From positions 1-43,722 of IMG/VR virus record IMGVR_UViG_3300045988_028128: 43,722 bases of DNA. One strand, written 5' to 3'. Shown in pieces: positions 1-8,759 of this stretch; the stretch's first letter is position 1, and every line of letters starts with the position of its first letter. The notes below the pieces were generated by a model. The model was not told the DNA's origin. It saw nothing but the letters and a program-made list of their open reading frames with translations, and ran no database searches. The position numbers and the translations under genes were made by a program. Source of the DNA: a virus.

Positions 1-119
1 ATTTTTTTTTTGACCGCTTCCAATTGGGCGGTCAATTCGTTTTGCGGAACCTCGGCGAACAAATCCAATATCTTTTGCAATCCGTCCGTTGATAGGTCGT
101 TTTTCGGTTCCCCGTCCAC
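1..119. repeat. terminal direct repeat, copy 1 (exact duplicate of 43604..43722)
   Basis: Compared base by base: 1..119 (ATTTTTTTTTTGACCGCTTCCAATTGGGCGG...GGTTCCCCGTCCAC) equals 43604..43722. This means circular closure or terminal redundancy. Confidence 0.95.
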
Positions 120-404
120 GGACTTAACCAACGCACAAAACGCCAAATGCCGGGGGGATACCCCGGATTGAATGAAATACACGTTTTGCCGCATATTTTC
201 CAATTCCTGTATCGCCATTTCCGGTTTTTTCCCAATGCAATATCGTTTGGTTTTCTCAATATGGTTGTCAAAGTCTGCCAAATCGGAACCAACCCCGGCG
301 TCGATAAGCAACATTTTGTTATACGCATGAAAACGCAACATCGGCAACGTGTCGATTGCGTCGTATATCTCGACGGTATGCCCGCCCAATTGTGCCGTAA
401 TCAT
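1..404 (-). CDS. hypothetical protein, possible tail assembly chaperone (5' portion of a wrap-around gene; the 3' portion is 43234..43603)
   Basis: Manual translation of the minus frame continuing upstream of 43722/119 stays open to an ATG at 404..402. That ATG overlaps the TGA (403..401) of the upstream ORF (ATGA coupling). The N-terminus reads MITAQLGGHTVEIYDAIDTLPMLRFHAYNKMLLIDAG... The total is about 257 aa. The gene lies directly upstream of the tape measure gene. The function is by position only. Confidence 0.55.
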   Translation of the reverse strand, partial: MITAQLGGHTVEIYDAIDTLPMLRFHAYNKMLLIDAGVGSDLADFDNHIEKTKRYCIGKKPEMAIQELENMRQNVYFIQSGVSPRHLAFCALVKSVDGEPKNDLSTDGLQKILDLFAEVPQNELTAQLEAVKKK

Positions 405-658
405 AGCAATATGCGTGTTATCATGGTTGAACAAAAGGGAACCAACAATAACGCCGGGTTTCCGGTTACAAACGCCAAAAGGATTGCCAAAGCAACCCCC
501 GCCCAAAAGGACAAACAAAAATCGCAATGGAACATCTTTGCGAAAAACTCGTTGCCGTGGACTTGCACCCACTCAACGCACCCCCATTTTTTTAAGAGGG
601 TTAACCCGAACGCCGCAACCAAAGCGACCACGGCGGTATAAAATGCAAATTGTATCAT
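401..658 (-). CDS. small integral membrane protein (DUF1360-like by the CDFCLSFW motif)
   Basis: 85-aa ORF with hydrophobic segments (FAFYTAVVALVAAFGLTLL, SFWAGVALAILLAFV, ALLLVPFCSTMI). It is stop/start-coupled to the next gene. Confidence 0.55.
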   Translation of the reverse strand: MIQFAFYTAVVALVAAFGLTLLKKWGCVEWVQVHGNEFFAKMFHCDFCLSFWAGVALAILLAFVTGNPALLLVPFCSTMITRILL

Positions 659-666
659 ATCTCAAA

Positions 667-1239
667 TTATTTATCTGTTAAACACGTTTCGTCAACTTCC
701 AATTCGCCCTCAAAGCGGAACCCGGCGAACGGGTGCATTAAAAATTGATTGTCGATTTCATCCAAAGTGAACCCGGTAAATATATTTTCCGCTTTCTCAT
801 AAACCCGGTTTATTCGCATACTGCCAACCCGCAACCAAAACCCGCCGTTCAATACTCGCATTATTTGTTGTTTCACGCTTTCCCGGTTCCGGTTGTTGGC
901 ATCGTTGGTTACGGTGCGCATATCAAACCAAAATATAATCGAAAACGGGGATTTGTATTTGCTCGGCTCCCCGGCGTACCAACTTATGCTTTGCGGGTCG
1001 TCCACAACGAAAAACGAAAAATTCCCAATCTTACTATCCGGGGCAATCAACATATATTCGTTGCCGCCGACGTAAATATTGGGGGTGTAATATCGTTTGC
1101 CATGTATGGTTTTAACCAACCGTTCCGCACGTCCGAACGAATAGTTTAACCACGGCAAGCCGTCCGCCAATCCTTGTTGTATGTTGGCAATAACCCGGTC
1201 GAATAATTCCGGGTTCTTTATTATCGGTACACGTTCCAT
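667..1239 (-). CDS. virion structural protein of unknown role (head-tail joining or tail module by position)
   Basis: 190-aa ORF in the block between the capsid gene and the tape measure. It is packed tightly against its neighbours (previous stop at 1241). I recognise no motif. Confidence 0.5.
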   Translation of the reverse strand: MERVPIIKNPELFDRVIANIQQGLADGLPWLNYSFGRAERLVKTIHGKRYYTPNIYVGGNEYMLIAPDSKIGNFSFFVVDDPQSISWYAGEPSKYKSPFSIIFWFDMRTVTNDANNRNRESVKQQIMRVLNGGFWLRVGSMRINRVYEKAENIFTGFTLDEIDNQFLMHPFAGFRFEGELEVDETCLTDK

Positions 1240-1240
1240 A

Positions 1241-1636
1241 TTAAACTGCTTGTTTTCTTAATTCCCAAACTTTGGTAACTGCTTTTGAAATTCGTTTGTT
1301 GCGTGTCCCGTAATTGTTATTATAACGGTTATCACACCACTCCAAATTGTTTGGGTTGTTGTTCAACTTATTTTCGTCTTTATGGTTGATATGTGGCAAA
1401 TTATCCGGGTTGGGAATAAATGCCATTGCAACCAATCTATGAACCTTATACGTTATACTTTTACCGCCTTTCATAAGTTTAATAATCGCATAACCGTATA
1501 TGTTATGTTGCGGGGATAATTTTTTAGGCACTCCGGTACGTTTGTAATCCATAGAAATAATATCCCCGTTTTCCGTAACCCTATAATCTTTATCAAACCC
1601 TAATAGGGGTTTTGCATTCAATATCAACTCATCCAT
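1241..1636 (-). CDS. HNH homing endonuclease (HNH_3-type)
   Basis: 131 aa. The segment HRLVAMAFIPNPDNLPHINHKDENKLNNNPNNLEWCDNRYNNNYG matches the H-N-H core. It is a paralogue of the ORF at 31308..31835 (HRLVAAAFIPNPDNKPCIDHIDGDRANNHADNLRWVT). It is visibly AT-richer than the flanks and overlaps the upstream gene by 8 nt. Confidence 0.8.
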   Translation of the reverse strand: MDELILNAKPLLGFDKDYRVTENGDIISMDYKRTGVPKKLSPQHNIYGYAIIKLMKGGKSITYKVHRLVAMAFIPNPDNLPHINHKDENKLNNNPNNLEWCDNRYNNNYGTRNKRISKAVTKVWELRKQAV

Positions 1637-2105
1637 TGCCGTAAATTGTATTATTTAATTGTTTCAACAAATCCGGGTATATGTATTGCCAAATCAATTT
1701 TCCGATATTCTCGGTTGTTAATCCCAATATTTGCCGCCCGTACTTTTTTATCAATTCCTCGGTTTTCCAATCCGCCGCCTTTATTTCAAACTGCGTGTTG
1801 TTGACCTCCAAATAAAAACTACTTTCAAAATCGCCCTCATCCCGTAACGTTACCCGGTTCGTTGGTTGTCCCTTTTCCTCCTTTATCGCAATGGTTAGGG
1901 GGGAATACGGGGCGTAATCCATAATATCAACGCCCAAACGGTTAATTCCCTGCTCAAACAATTGTTCCTCGGCGTTCATATCAACAATATACGCCTCGTT
2001 GTCCCAAATGATTTGTTGTAACCATTTCCCGGACGTCAACCCGTCGTTCGCAAGGATAACCCGCTTTTGTAAATCCAATATTGATTGTAACCCCGGCATA
2101 TCCAA
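1629..2105 (-). CDS. virion structural protein, unknown role
   Basis: 158-aa ORF abutting the 440-aa ORF (stop at 2106, start at 2105) in the late structural block. Confidence 0.5.
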   Translation of the reverse strand: MDMPGLQSILDLQKRVILANDGLTSGKWLQQIIWDNEAYIVDMNAEEQLFEQGINRLGVDIMDYAPYSPLTIAIKEEKGQPTNRVTLRDEGDFESSFYLEVNNTQFEIKAADWKTEELIKKYGRQILGLTTENIGKLIWQYIYPDLLKQLNNTIYGNG

Positions 2106-3428
2106 TTATGTTGTCCGGTACTTTACACCCCGGTTGTTACAACTCAAACAAATGCGGTCGATACCCTGCGTATCCAATCGCAATGCCTCAAACGCTTTTT
2201 TAAGGTCATAACCCAAACCGCCGGGGCGACCCTCAACATTCCCGTCCAACTCATACAAAATTTCCATTTTAGAGGCGTTGGATTGGTTACGGTTTACCCT
2301 TACGTTGGGGTTCATTGCCAACGTGCGTAATGCGATTGCGGCGACTTGGCGTTGAATTACCGTTTGGAATATTGACCGTTGAGAAACGATAAAATCCGTA
2401 AGGTCGCAACCAACGGTTATTTCGCAATTCAACCCGTAATTCTGTGTATTGGTGTACATCGTGTACGCAATATCCCACAACTCCGGGTATTCGGCGAATG
2501 TTTCCGGGGCGTTGAACATAAACGGCGACACTTGCAAATACTTTGTTATTTGCTTCCATGCCTCAATATTGCCGTACCCGGTACACGTTCCGCACGGTTC
2601 CCGGCTCCAATCTTTCGTCATGTTTATTGCCTGCATTCCGGCGGGCAATTCGTCTTGGTTGTAACATAGGAACCACGCACCCCCGGCGTTGTTGTCGTCG
2701 CTGATATACGGCAAAAAACAGTCGGTCAACTCAAACCATTGGAACCCGCCGTTGGTAACGGTAAATTCCAAATCAAACGTTTTTATCGGGTCGATTTGGG
2801 ACGAATGAAATAAATACAATCTCACGGTTCCGGTTGCCCCTGTCATTTGCAAGCCGACCCGGTTTATTTGGGCGGTAACTCCCATTGCCCGCACCGGGAC
2901 GATTTCAAACCCGACCAACTTGTGTGTATTGGGTTGGGTTGCTCTGATACGCCCCGCACCGTCAAAGAACGTGCGCCGTTCCAATAGGTTCTTTGTTTCC
3001 TTATCCAACCCCTTTATTTGTGTAAACGTTTGTACCGCCGTGGAAATTCCGTTGCGGGTCAAACGCTCCAAATAGTCGGACAATATGTTGTATTTCTCCC
3101 AAAAGGTCGAACCCTCGGCGGGAACCTCGGCGACGTTATCAACCAAAGCAACCCAATACAAAGGTTTGCCCGCCGCATCGTTGGCGTATTGTACCACGGT
3201 TTCGGCTTTCCATTCCTTTGTATCGTTCCAAACCGGGTATTGAAAGCCCCAATTGTCCGGGACGATTGCTGCCATATTATCCAACGTTACAAGCGGGTGC
3301 GCCCCTTGAAAATATAACCCGCTTTCGGTTTCCGTCAATTGCTCGGCGATTGCCTCGGCGGGATTATATGATTGTTCCCAACCGACGACGTGCAATAACT
3401 TATCTTGTATTTCCTTAATCCGGTACAT
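2106..3428 (-). CDS. large virion-associated protein, unknown role
   Basis: 440-aa ORF that is first after the capsid terminator. No motif is recognised. It has Cys clusters (EPCGTCTGYG, CLSCNN). Confidence 0.5.
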   Translation of the reverse strand: MYRIKEIQDKLLHVVGWEQSYNPAEAIAEQLTETESGLYFQGAHPLVTLDNMAAIVPDNWGFQYPVWNDTKEWKAETVVQYANDAAGKPLYWVALVDNVAEVPAEGSTFWEKYNILSDYLERLTRNGISTAVQTFTQIKGLDKETKNLLERRTFFDGAGRIRATQPNTHKLVGFEIVPVRAMGVTAQINRVGLQMTGATGTVRLYLFHSSQIDPIKTFDLEFTVTNGGFQWFELTDCFLPYISDDNNAGGAWFLCYNQDELPAGMQAINMTKDWSREPCGTCTGYGNIEAWKQITKYLQVSPFMFNAPETFAEYPELWDIAYTMYTNTQNYGLNCEITVGCDLTDFIVSQRSIFQTVIQRQVAAIALRTLAMNPNVRVNRNQSNASKMEILYELDGNVEGRPGGLGYDLKKAFEALRLDTQGIDRICLSCNNRGVKYRTT

Positions 3429-3441
3429 ACTGCGTTAAATT

Positions 3442-3480
3442 AAAAAGGGGAACGGGGGTTTTGTATCCCCGCCCCCTTTT
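3442..3480 (-). terminator. rho-independent terminator after the major capsid gene
   Basis: AAAAAGGGGAACGGGGGTTTTGTATCCCCGCCCCCTTTT. GC-rich arms (CGGGG/CCCCG plus GGGG/CCCC) are flanked by an A-run and a T-run. On the minus strand the hairpin is followed by TTTTTAATTT. It sits 22 nt after the stop at 3502. Confidence 0.7.
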
Positions 3481-3501
3481 GATTAAACAATTGCGGCTTA
3501 C

Positions 3502-4605
3502 TTACGCCCCGGCGGGAAATTCCCCGGCGTTCGTAACGTAAACAGGCATTCCCAACGGTTCGTTCGGGTTGCGTGCGGCAATCTCGGCTTTGATAATCGG
3601 GTTTGCAATGGTCGTTGGGTCGCTATTGTAAGCAACGATAAACGCCACGTCAACCGAAAATCCGAAATACTCCTTAACGGCACACGTCAAATCTGCCGTT
3701 GCCGCCCCTGCGATTGCCGATTGGTCGCCAACGCCTGTGTAATAGTGCGACCCAACGGGCAAATCAATGTACGGCAAACGTACAACGTCCCATTCGTGGA
3801 AATTCGCACGGGCACGGCGCAACGCTTCACGGTCAACACGGGTTAGGATACCAACATTTCCGTCTGCAACTGCATAGAACGAACCCATTTTACCGCTTTC
3901 GTCAACAACGTTGTTGGTATAGTGGATAACCTTGTTGTCGTACTCCATGCGCTTGTTTACGTCGTTGTAAATGCCGTGTTGCGCAAGTTTACGGATAAGG
4001 CTATCAACCCCGGCGTTGCCGATAATGTGGATATACTCCGGGTAACAGTTTGCCCGCATAATCGGGTTTACATCGCCCAAAATCTCGGTCGCCATTTGTA
4101 CCGGAACTTGGATACTGTTACCCGTCTGCGTATAGTTGAGCAACGTTTTGAAAACCTGCGTTTTGTTGGCTTCCAAAGCGGCAACCCCGGCGGCATCCAA
4201 AGAGTTTGCCAACGCACGGGTCGTTTTTTCCATTTTCCGCAAAAAATCATGTTCATACGAAATTTCGTTGTTCATGTATGCGGCGGGAACCATTGTAAAG
4301 CCTATCGCATAGGTTGCCCAAACGACGGTTACAAGTGCGGACGTGTTTTCGTTATCGGCGATAACACACGACCGGGTGTTGGATACCTGTACATTTTCGT
4401 CGTAACTAATTACGGGAATTTGTACGGTATTGCCCATTGACGCAAACGCACGGTCGCGCAAATTGGGGTTAATGATTGAGGACGGGGCGTTGGTTTGTTC
4501 AATGAAAAAATCCAATGCGCCATACTCACACGGGCGGGTCATATTACGGTCTAATTCCGGGTTTTCAACTCGCCAATTCTGCAATCTTGTTGCGATTAAT
4601 GACAT
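3502..4605 (-). CDS. major capsid protein (putative, HK97-fold expected)
   Basis: 367-aa ORF directly after a scaffold-like coiled-coil gene and followed by the strongest terminator in the genome. Size and order (portal, scaffold, capsid) are typical. Confidence 0.65.
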   Translation of the reverse strand: MSLIATRLQNWRVENPELDRNMTRPCEYGALDFFIEQTNAPSSIINPNLRDRAFASMGNTVQIPVISYDENVQVSNTRSCVIADNENTSALVTVVWATYAIGFTMVPAAYMNNEISYEHDFLRKMEKTTRALANSLDAAGVAALEANKTQVFKTLLNYTQTGNSIQVPVQMATEILGDVNPIMRANCYPEYIHIIGNAGVDSLIRKLAQHGIYNDVNKRMEYDNKVIHYTNNVVDESGKMGSFYAVADGNVGILTRVDREALRRARANFHEWDVVRLPYIDLPVGSHYYTGVGDQSAIAGAATADLTCAVKEYFGFSVDVAFIVAYNSDPTTIANPIIKAEIAARNPNEPLGMPVYVTNAGEFPAGA

Positions 4606-4661
4606 ACTTTTAAAATTTTAATTGTTATTGAATGCGGGTTTACCCTTTACCCGTGGTTACT

Positions 4662-5615
4662 TTACTTTTCCGGCAACGCCGCAATATTGTTTTCTTTCCA
4701 CGCCGCCGTCATTGCGTCGTCGAACTGTTTTGTACCGACTTGCAAGCCTTGACCCTGCAAAGACTGTGTAATTGCGTCGTATGCCTCAACCCTTGTTTTT
4801 GCGCCGGAAATGCTGATTGCACCGCCGCCGATTCCGCCGGAACCGCCCGCCGGGGGTGTGCTTCCGCCGCCCGCCGCTTGGCGTCCTTTGTCGATAATAC
4901 CCATTGTTTCCAATTCACGGGTCAAAAGGTCGGCGGGGGTGTACGGGTTCAACTGATTGTTCGGATTGCGCATAAGTGCGCCCGTTTCGTCCTTAAACGC
5001 CAATACTTTGCTGCCTTTGCCGTCGTCGATATATTCTGGGTTCATTGCTTTGATTTTGTCGATTGCTTGCGACAAAAGAACCTTTGTTGCGCTTTCCGGC
5101 AACTCCGGTTTGAACTTAATCCCGGCAACCGCCGTTTGCAATGCGCTTTCAATACGAACGCCGAACAACTCGTTTTGGTACTTTTGTTCGGCTTCGTCGT
5201 ATTTGGTTTTTAGGTCGTTGAACTGCGTTTGTACCGCCGTCAAATCCGCCTTTGCCTGTTTCAAAGCCTTTGCGGTTTCGGCGTCGGTTGCGCCGTCGGC
5301 AATCGCCTTTTCCAAACGTGCCTTTTCTTTCGTCAGACTGTCGATTTGGGCGGACAATCCGTTTGCGCCCTCGGCTTTCGCTTTGAACTCAGACAATACA
5401 CGTTTTGCGTAATCGTATGTTTTTTCCGTACCGTTCTTGGCTACTCCGGTTGCCGCCAAAATATCGGCGTCCAAATCCCCGTAAATTTTGCCCGTCTTTT
5501 GAGCAATTACGGTGTTTTCGTCGTTTTGCGACAACGTGGTTATCGCCTGTATTTGTTCGTCGGTTAAACCGGATAATACCTCATTTGCCCTTAATACATC
5601 ACTTGTTAATGCCAT
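4662..5615 (-). CDS. capsid scaffolding protein (putative)
   Basis: 317 aa, rich in A/K/E/L/T with long helical stretches (LTKEKARLEKAIADGATDAETAKALKQAKADLTAVQTQFNDLKTKYDEAEQKYQ). It has a Gly-rich linker and lies immediately upstream of the capsid gene. Confidence 0.55.
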   Translation of the reverse strand: MALTSDVLRANEVLSGLTDEQIQAITTLSQNDENTVIAQKTGKIYGDLDADILAATGVAKNGTEKTYDYAKRVLSEFKAKAEGANGLSAQIDSLTKEKARLEKAIADGATDAETAKALKQAKADLTAVQTQFNDLKTKYDEAEQKYQNELFGVRIESALQTAVAGIKFKPELPESATKVLLSQAIDKIKAMNPEYIDDGKGSKVLAFKDETGALMRNPNNQLNPYTPADLLTRELETMGIIDKGRQAAGGGSTPPAGGSGGIGGGAISISGAKTRVEAYDAITQSLQGQGLQVGTKQFDDAMTAAWKENNIAALPEK

Positions 5616-5633
5616 AATCTTACCCTTTGATTA

Positions 5634-6134
5634 TTAGTTAATAAAATCGGTTACTTTCCGCCCCTCAGCTTTTTCCTCGGCTTTCGCTTTGGCGTCGTTT
5701 TTTGTGCCTTTGGCGGGTTCCGCCGGGATAACTCCCGCCGCTTTCAATTCTGCCAAAATTTCGGCTTTCAATGCGGATTTTTCCTCGGCTTTCGCTTTGG
5801 CGCCTGCCTCCTCCTTTGCCTTTGCGTCGGCGGCGGCTTTGGCTTTGTTCTCCTCGGCTTGGTCTGCCAACCATTCGTTCGGGTCGTGCAATACAACGAC
5901 CGTGTACCCCTGCTTTTTGAGATTTTCGGCAACGTTGTTTTCGTACATCTTTTTGCCGAATTTCTGTACCCTCGGAACGGAAAGGCGTTTGCCTGTTTCG
6001 CTGTCGAACTTGCGCACCTCAATAACGCAATGATACAAATGCTTTTCATTGTCTGGGACAATGTAGTTTTCGGGGGTTACTTTCGTAACATCGACGTCTT
6101 TTGTCTTACCCTCGGTTTCTGTTTTTACTCGCAT
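5634..6134 (-). CDS. hypothetical head-module protein with an Ala/Lys/Glu low-complexity tail
   Basis: 166 aa. The C-terminal half contains AKAKAEEK repeats encoded by a perfect 25-nt direct repeat (5670..5694 and 5778..5802). It overlaps the portal 3' end by 29 nt. Confidence 0.55.
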   Translation of the reverse strand: MRVKTETEGKTKDVDVTKVTPENYIVPDNEKHLYHCVIEVRKFDSETGKRLSVPRVQKFGKKMYENNVAENLKKQGYTVVVLHDPNEWLADQAEENKAKAAADAKAKEEAGAKAKAEEKSALKAEILAELKAAGVIPAEPAKGTKNDAKAKAEEKAEGRKVTDFIN

Positions 6135-7830
6135 ACTCTTTAAATTTATTGATTATGAACTTTATTTTGGAATTATACGGCATATTGTACCCAAATTCCA
6201 AAATGTTTAAATACTCACGTTCAAATCTGCGTACAAAGTTAGCAAAATTCAACTTAATACGCATATCCGTTTCGTCGATAATCTGACGCCCGTACAAATC
6301 CAATACCTCGTTCCGGGTCAAATGGCGGTACGGCTCCAATTCCGACAATATCAACATACGTTGCAATTGGGTTGGATTGTTCCGGTACTCCGTTTCCAAA
6401 ATTTGGTTCTGCATGGCGTCCAATTCCGCCTCGCTTACGCCGCTCTCTTTGGCAACCTTGTATCGTTCCCGTAACTCCGTGGCATTCGACAAATAAAACT
6501 CGGTTCCGTAATTGACTTTTGCCGACACGAACAACGACCCGTAACGTAAACGGCAAACCGTTTCATCGACGAATTGTTGCGCCGCCTCAAACCCTTTCTT
6601 TATCCGGTTTAATATCGTGCTTTGACTTTCAAAATTTGCCAATACTTGTTGTTCATTGATGGCATCCCGTGTCGTTACCTCCTCGTTGGTTCCAACGACG
6701 GACGTAATGATATTGTTCTTTAAACGCTCCTCCTCCTCAACGTTGTAATCCAAACTTTGGCGGTCAACGGTCAACATTTGCACCGGGTTACGCAAATCGG
6801 GTTGTTTGTCCCCGTCCGGTATCGGTATTTCGACAAAAGAGCCAACGCCGTTAATCCGGCTTTCCCCACATTTCGGGCAACGTAACAGCAACCCGGCGGC
6901 GTCCAATCGGTAAAATCCTTGTTTGTCTTTCAAAAACCCGCCGTCGCAATAGTCGCCATTCTCGGCATTGCTAAAATCGCAACTTTGTTCATACCCGGAA
7001 TATATCGGATACGACCCGTATAAATCCAAATGGCGTTTACTGATATGGTAAAACAAAAACCAATCCAACGCCTCCAATTGCTTTGTTAGCGGGGATTGTT
7101 TAATATCGGGTTCTTTGAGGCTCAACGGTTCCGTCCAAAAGAAACGGGCGGGGCAATACCCCAAATCGTGCGGGCTTTCAACAAGCAATTCCCCAATATT
7201 TCCGCCCTTGGCTTCCCGGAATATCCGGTATTGCTCGTTGTCAATTACGGCAATCCTTTTATTGTCCTGTCTGAAAATTATCCAATCCATTAACCCGGTT
7301 GTTGGGTTGGCTCGGTAATCAATCACGGACGCAATAGGTAGCCAATAAAAGTACGGGGCGGGGTATTTGTCGCCGGGGGCTTGCTCGGTCGGCATATCGA
7401 CAATTAAGACGCTGTTTATTTCGGTTTGGAAATACTCCCAACCCTTATTGCTCCAAACCTCCGGTTCATGCAATACATCTTGGCGGTAATACTCCCAATC
7501 GTCCCGTTGTTCGCTATTCATAAACTGATAGTTGAACGCCGGGTTACGACCGTCAAAAATGCGGCTTAACTTATCAAAACAAATGCCCGTTACCCCGTTG
7601 GTTGTAACGGGATAACGGAACAATGTTTTGAACATCTTAAATTTATCGGCGGGCAATAGGTTGCCGACAAATGCCAAAAAATCCGTTACGGGTTGGCAAA
7701 TGTCGAACGACGTAATACGGGTTTGAGCGTGGAAATTGATACGGTTTTGGTGGTAAACCGCCCGGCTAATCGTTGCCCTTTTCCTCGGCTCCGTTATCCG
7801 CTTTCTTATTTCGTCTATGCTCAATCCCAT
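6106..7830 (-). CDS. portal protein (putative)
   Basis: The track ORF is 6106..7917 (603 aa). The size and the position downstream of terL fit a portal. I prefer the start at ATG 7830 (MGLSIDEIRKR...). The first 29 codons look non-protein-like and overlap a translationally coupled 72-aa ORF. Confidence 0.6.
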   Translation of the reverse strand: MGLSIDEIRKRITEPRKRATISRAVYHQNRINFHAQTRITSFDICQPVTDFLAFVGNLLPADKFKMFKTLFRYPVTTNGVTGICFDKLSRIFDGRNPAFNYQFMNSEQRDDWEYYRQDVLHEPEVWSNKGWEYFQTEINSVLIVDMPTEQAPGDKYPAPYFYWLPIASVIDYRANPTTGLMDWIIFRQDNKRIAVIDNEQYRIFREAKGGNIGELLVESPHDLGYCPARFFWTEPLSLKEPDIKQSPLTKQLEALDWFLFYHISKRHLDLYGSYPIYSGYEQSCDFSNAENGDYCDGGFLKDKQGFYRLDAAGLLLRCPKCGESRINGVGSFVEIPIPDGDKQPDLRNPVQMLTVDRQSLDYNVEEEERLKNNIITSVVGTNEEVTTRDAINEQQVLANFESQSTILNRIKKGFEAAQQFVDETVCRLRYGSLFVSAKVNYGTEFYLSNATELRERYKVAKESGVSEAELDAMQNQILETEYRNNPTQLQRMLILSELEPYRHLTRNEVLDLYGRQIIDETDMRIKLNFANFVRRFEREYLNILEFGYNMPYNSKIKFIINKFKEYASKNRNRG

Positions 7831-7984
7831 TGCTGTTGGTAAATTTAAAATCGCTGTCTTTGGGTAATTGCCAACCGCCGTTGTTTTGCATCCGTAACAA
7901 GCGGTTGGCGTGTTCAATTGTAAATTCGTCGGAAAGGTTGTGCGCCGGACAAACCAACCTAACCTTTGTTGTTTTGGCTCCCAT
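7766..7984 (-). CDS. small hypothetical protein
   Basis: 72 aa (MGAKTTKVRLVCPAHNLSDEFTIEHANRLLRMQNNGGWQLP...). Its ATG shares one base with the TAA of the upstream gene (TAATG at 7986..7982), which suggests coupling. The 3' end overlaps the portal start region. Confidence 0.45.
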   Translation of the reverse strand: MGAKTTKVRLVCPAHNLSDEFTIEHANRLLRMQNNGGWQLPKDSDFKFTNSNGIEHRRNKKADNGAEEKGND

Positions 7985-8637
7985 TATCCGCCGGGTTCAA
8001 CAACAACTTTCAAATCCGTAAGCGGATTAAATTCCGGGGTGACAATTGCCAAATCGTCCGACCAATTCGGCAAAAACGACCACGAAATTGCGTTGCTGTC
8101 CGGTGCTTCCAAACCTCCCAACGTTTTGTCGCCAATGAACAACGACCGTATCGGAATAGGGTAATATGTTCCCTTCGTTGTGGCATCCTGCAACGCTCCG
8201 ATTGCGCCGTTTTCGTCGAAAAGGTAAATACCCAAATTGCTGCCGTAACTTTCGCACTCCATTTCTTTCATTGCTTTAATTACGGATTGGGCGATTTTAC
8301 GCATTACCCCGGTAAACGGTGTCGGTTCACGTCCTATTACCTCCTCAACGCCTCCCAATGTTTCGTTACCGCCTCCAAAGGTGCGGGCGGCTCCTGCCTC
8401 TGCTGTCGGGGCTTGGATATACGGGGAAACAACAATTTTGGTACTGTCAGCCGCCGACAATCTCGGCGTCCATGATGCAAGCAAGGTAATTGCCGCCGAC
8501 GCCGTGAAACTGTTTTTGGTTCCGTCGTCCTTTGTCAATCGCTGAAAAGCGACTTTTTGAATTTGCCCGAACGTTTCGGGGCACGCTACAACCGGAATAT
8601 CCGGCAATGCCGCATTTGCGGGACACTTACAAATCAT
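7984..8637 (-). CDS. hypothetical protein, possibly an abundant structural protein (tail tube-like is a guess)
   Basis: 217-aa ORF between terL and portal. It is preceded by its own TAnnTTTG box (8710..8717). Confidence 0.45.
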   Translation of the reverse strand: MICKCPANAALPDIPVVACPETFGQIQKVAFQRLTKDDGTKNSFTASAAITLLASWTPRLSAADSTKIVVSPYIQAPTAEAGAARTFGGGNETLGGVEEVIGREPTPFTGVMRKIAQSVIKAMKEMECESYGSNLGIYLFDENGAIGALQDATTKGTYYPIPIRSLFIGDKTLGGLEAPDSNAISWSFLPNWSDDLAIVTPEFNPLTDLKVVVEPGG

Positions 8638-8709
8638 AATCTTTAAATTTTAACGTTAAAACTATTTTTGTTTTCCGGGGGCTTTCCCTTTGCTCCCTAC
8701 TTTATGATG

Positions 8710-8717
8710 CAAAGATA
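8710..8717 (-). promoter_or_regulatory. candidate -7 promoter box TATCTTTG (minus strand)
   Basis: Plus-strand CAAAGATA is TATCTTTG on the minus strand and matches the Bacteroides -7 consensus TAnnTTTG. It lies in the 122-nt gap between terL and the 217-aa gene. No TTTG is present at the -33 position. Confidence 0.35.
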
Positions 8718-8759
8718 TAATCTTTTTTTGTATAACGCTTGCGCATGTCGAAAAATTTA

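Noticed and set aside
32-328. 98-aa minus-strand ORF at the window start
   Set aside because: It is out of frame with, and fully inside, the wrap-around gene (ATG 404) whose frame is continuous with 43234..43722. Its translation is not protein-like.
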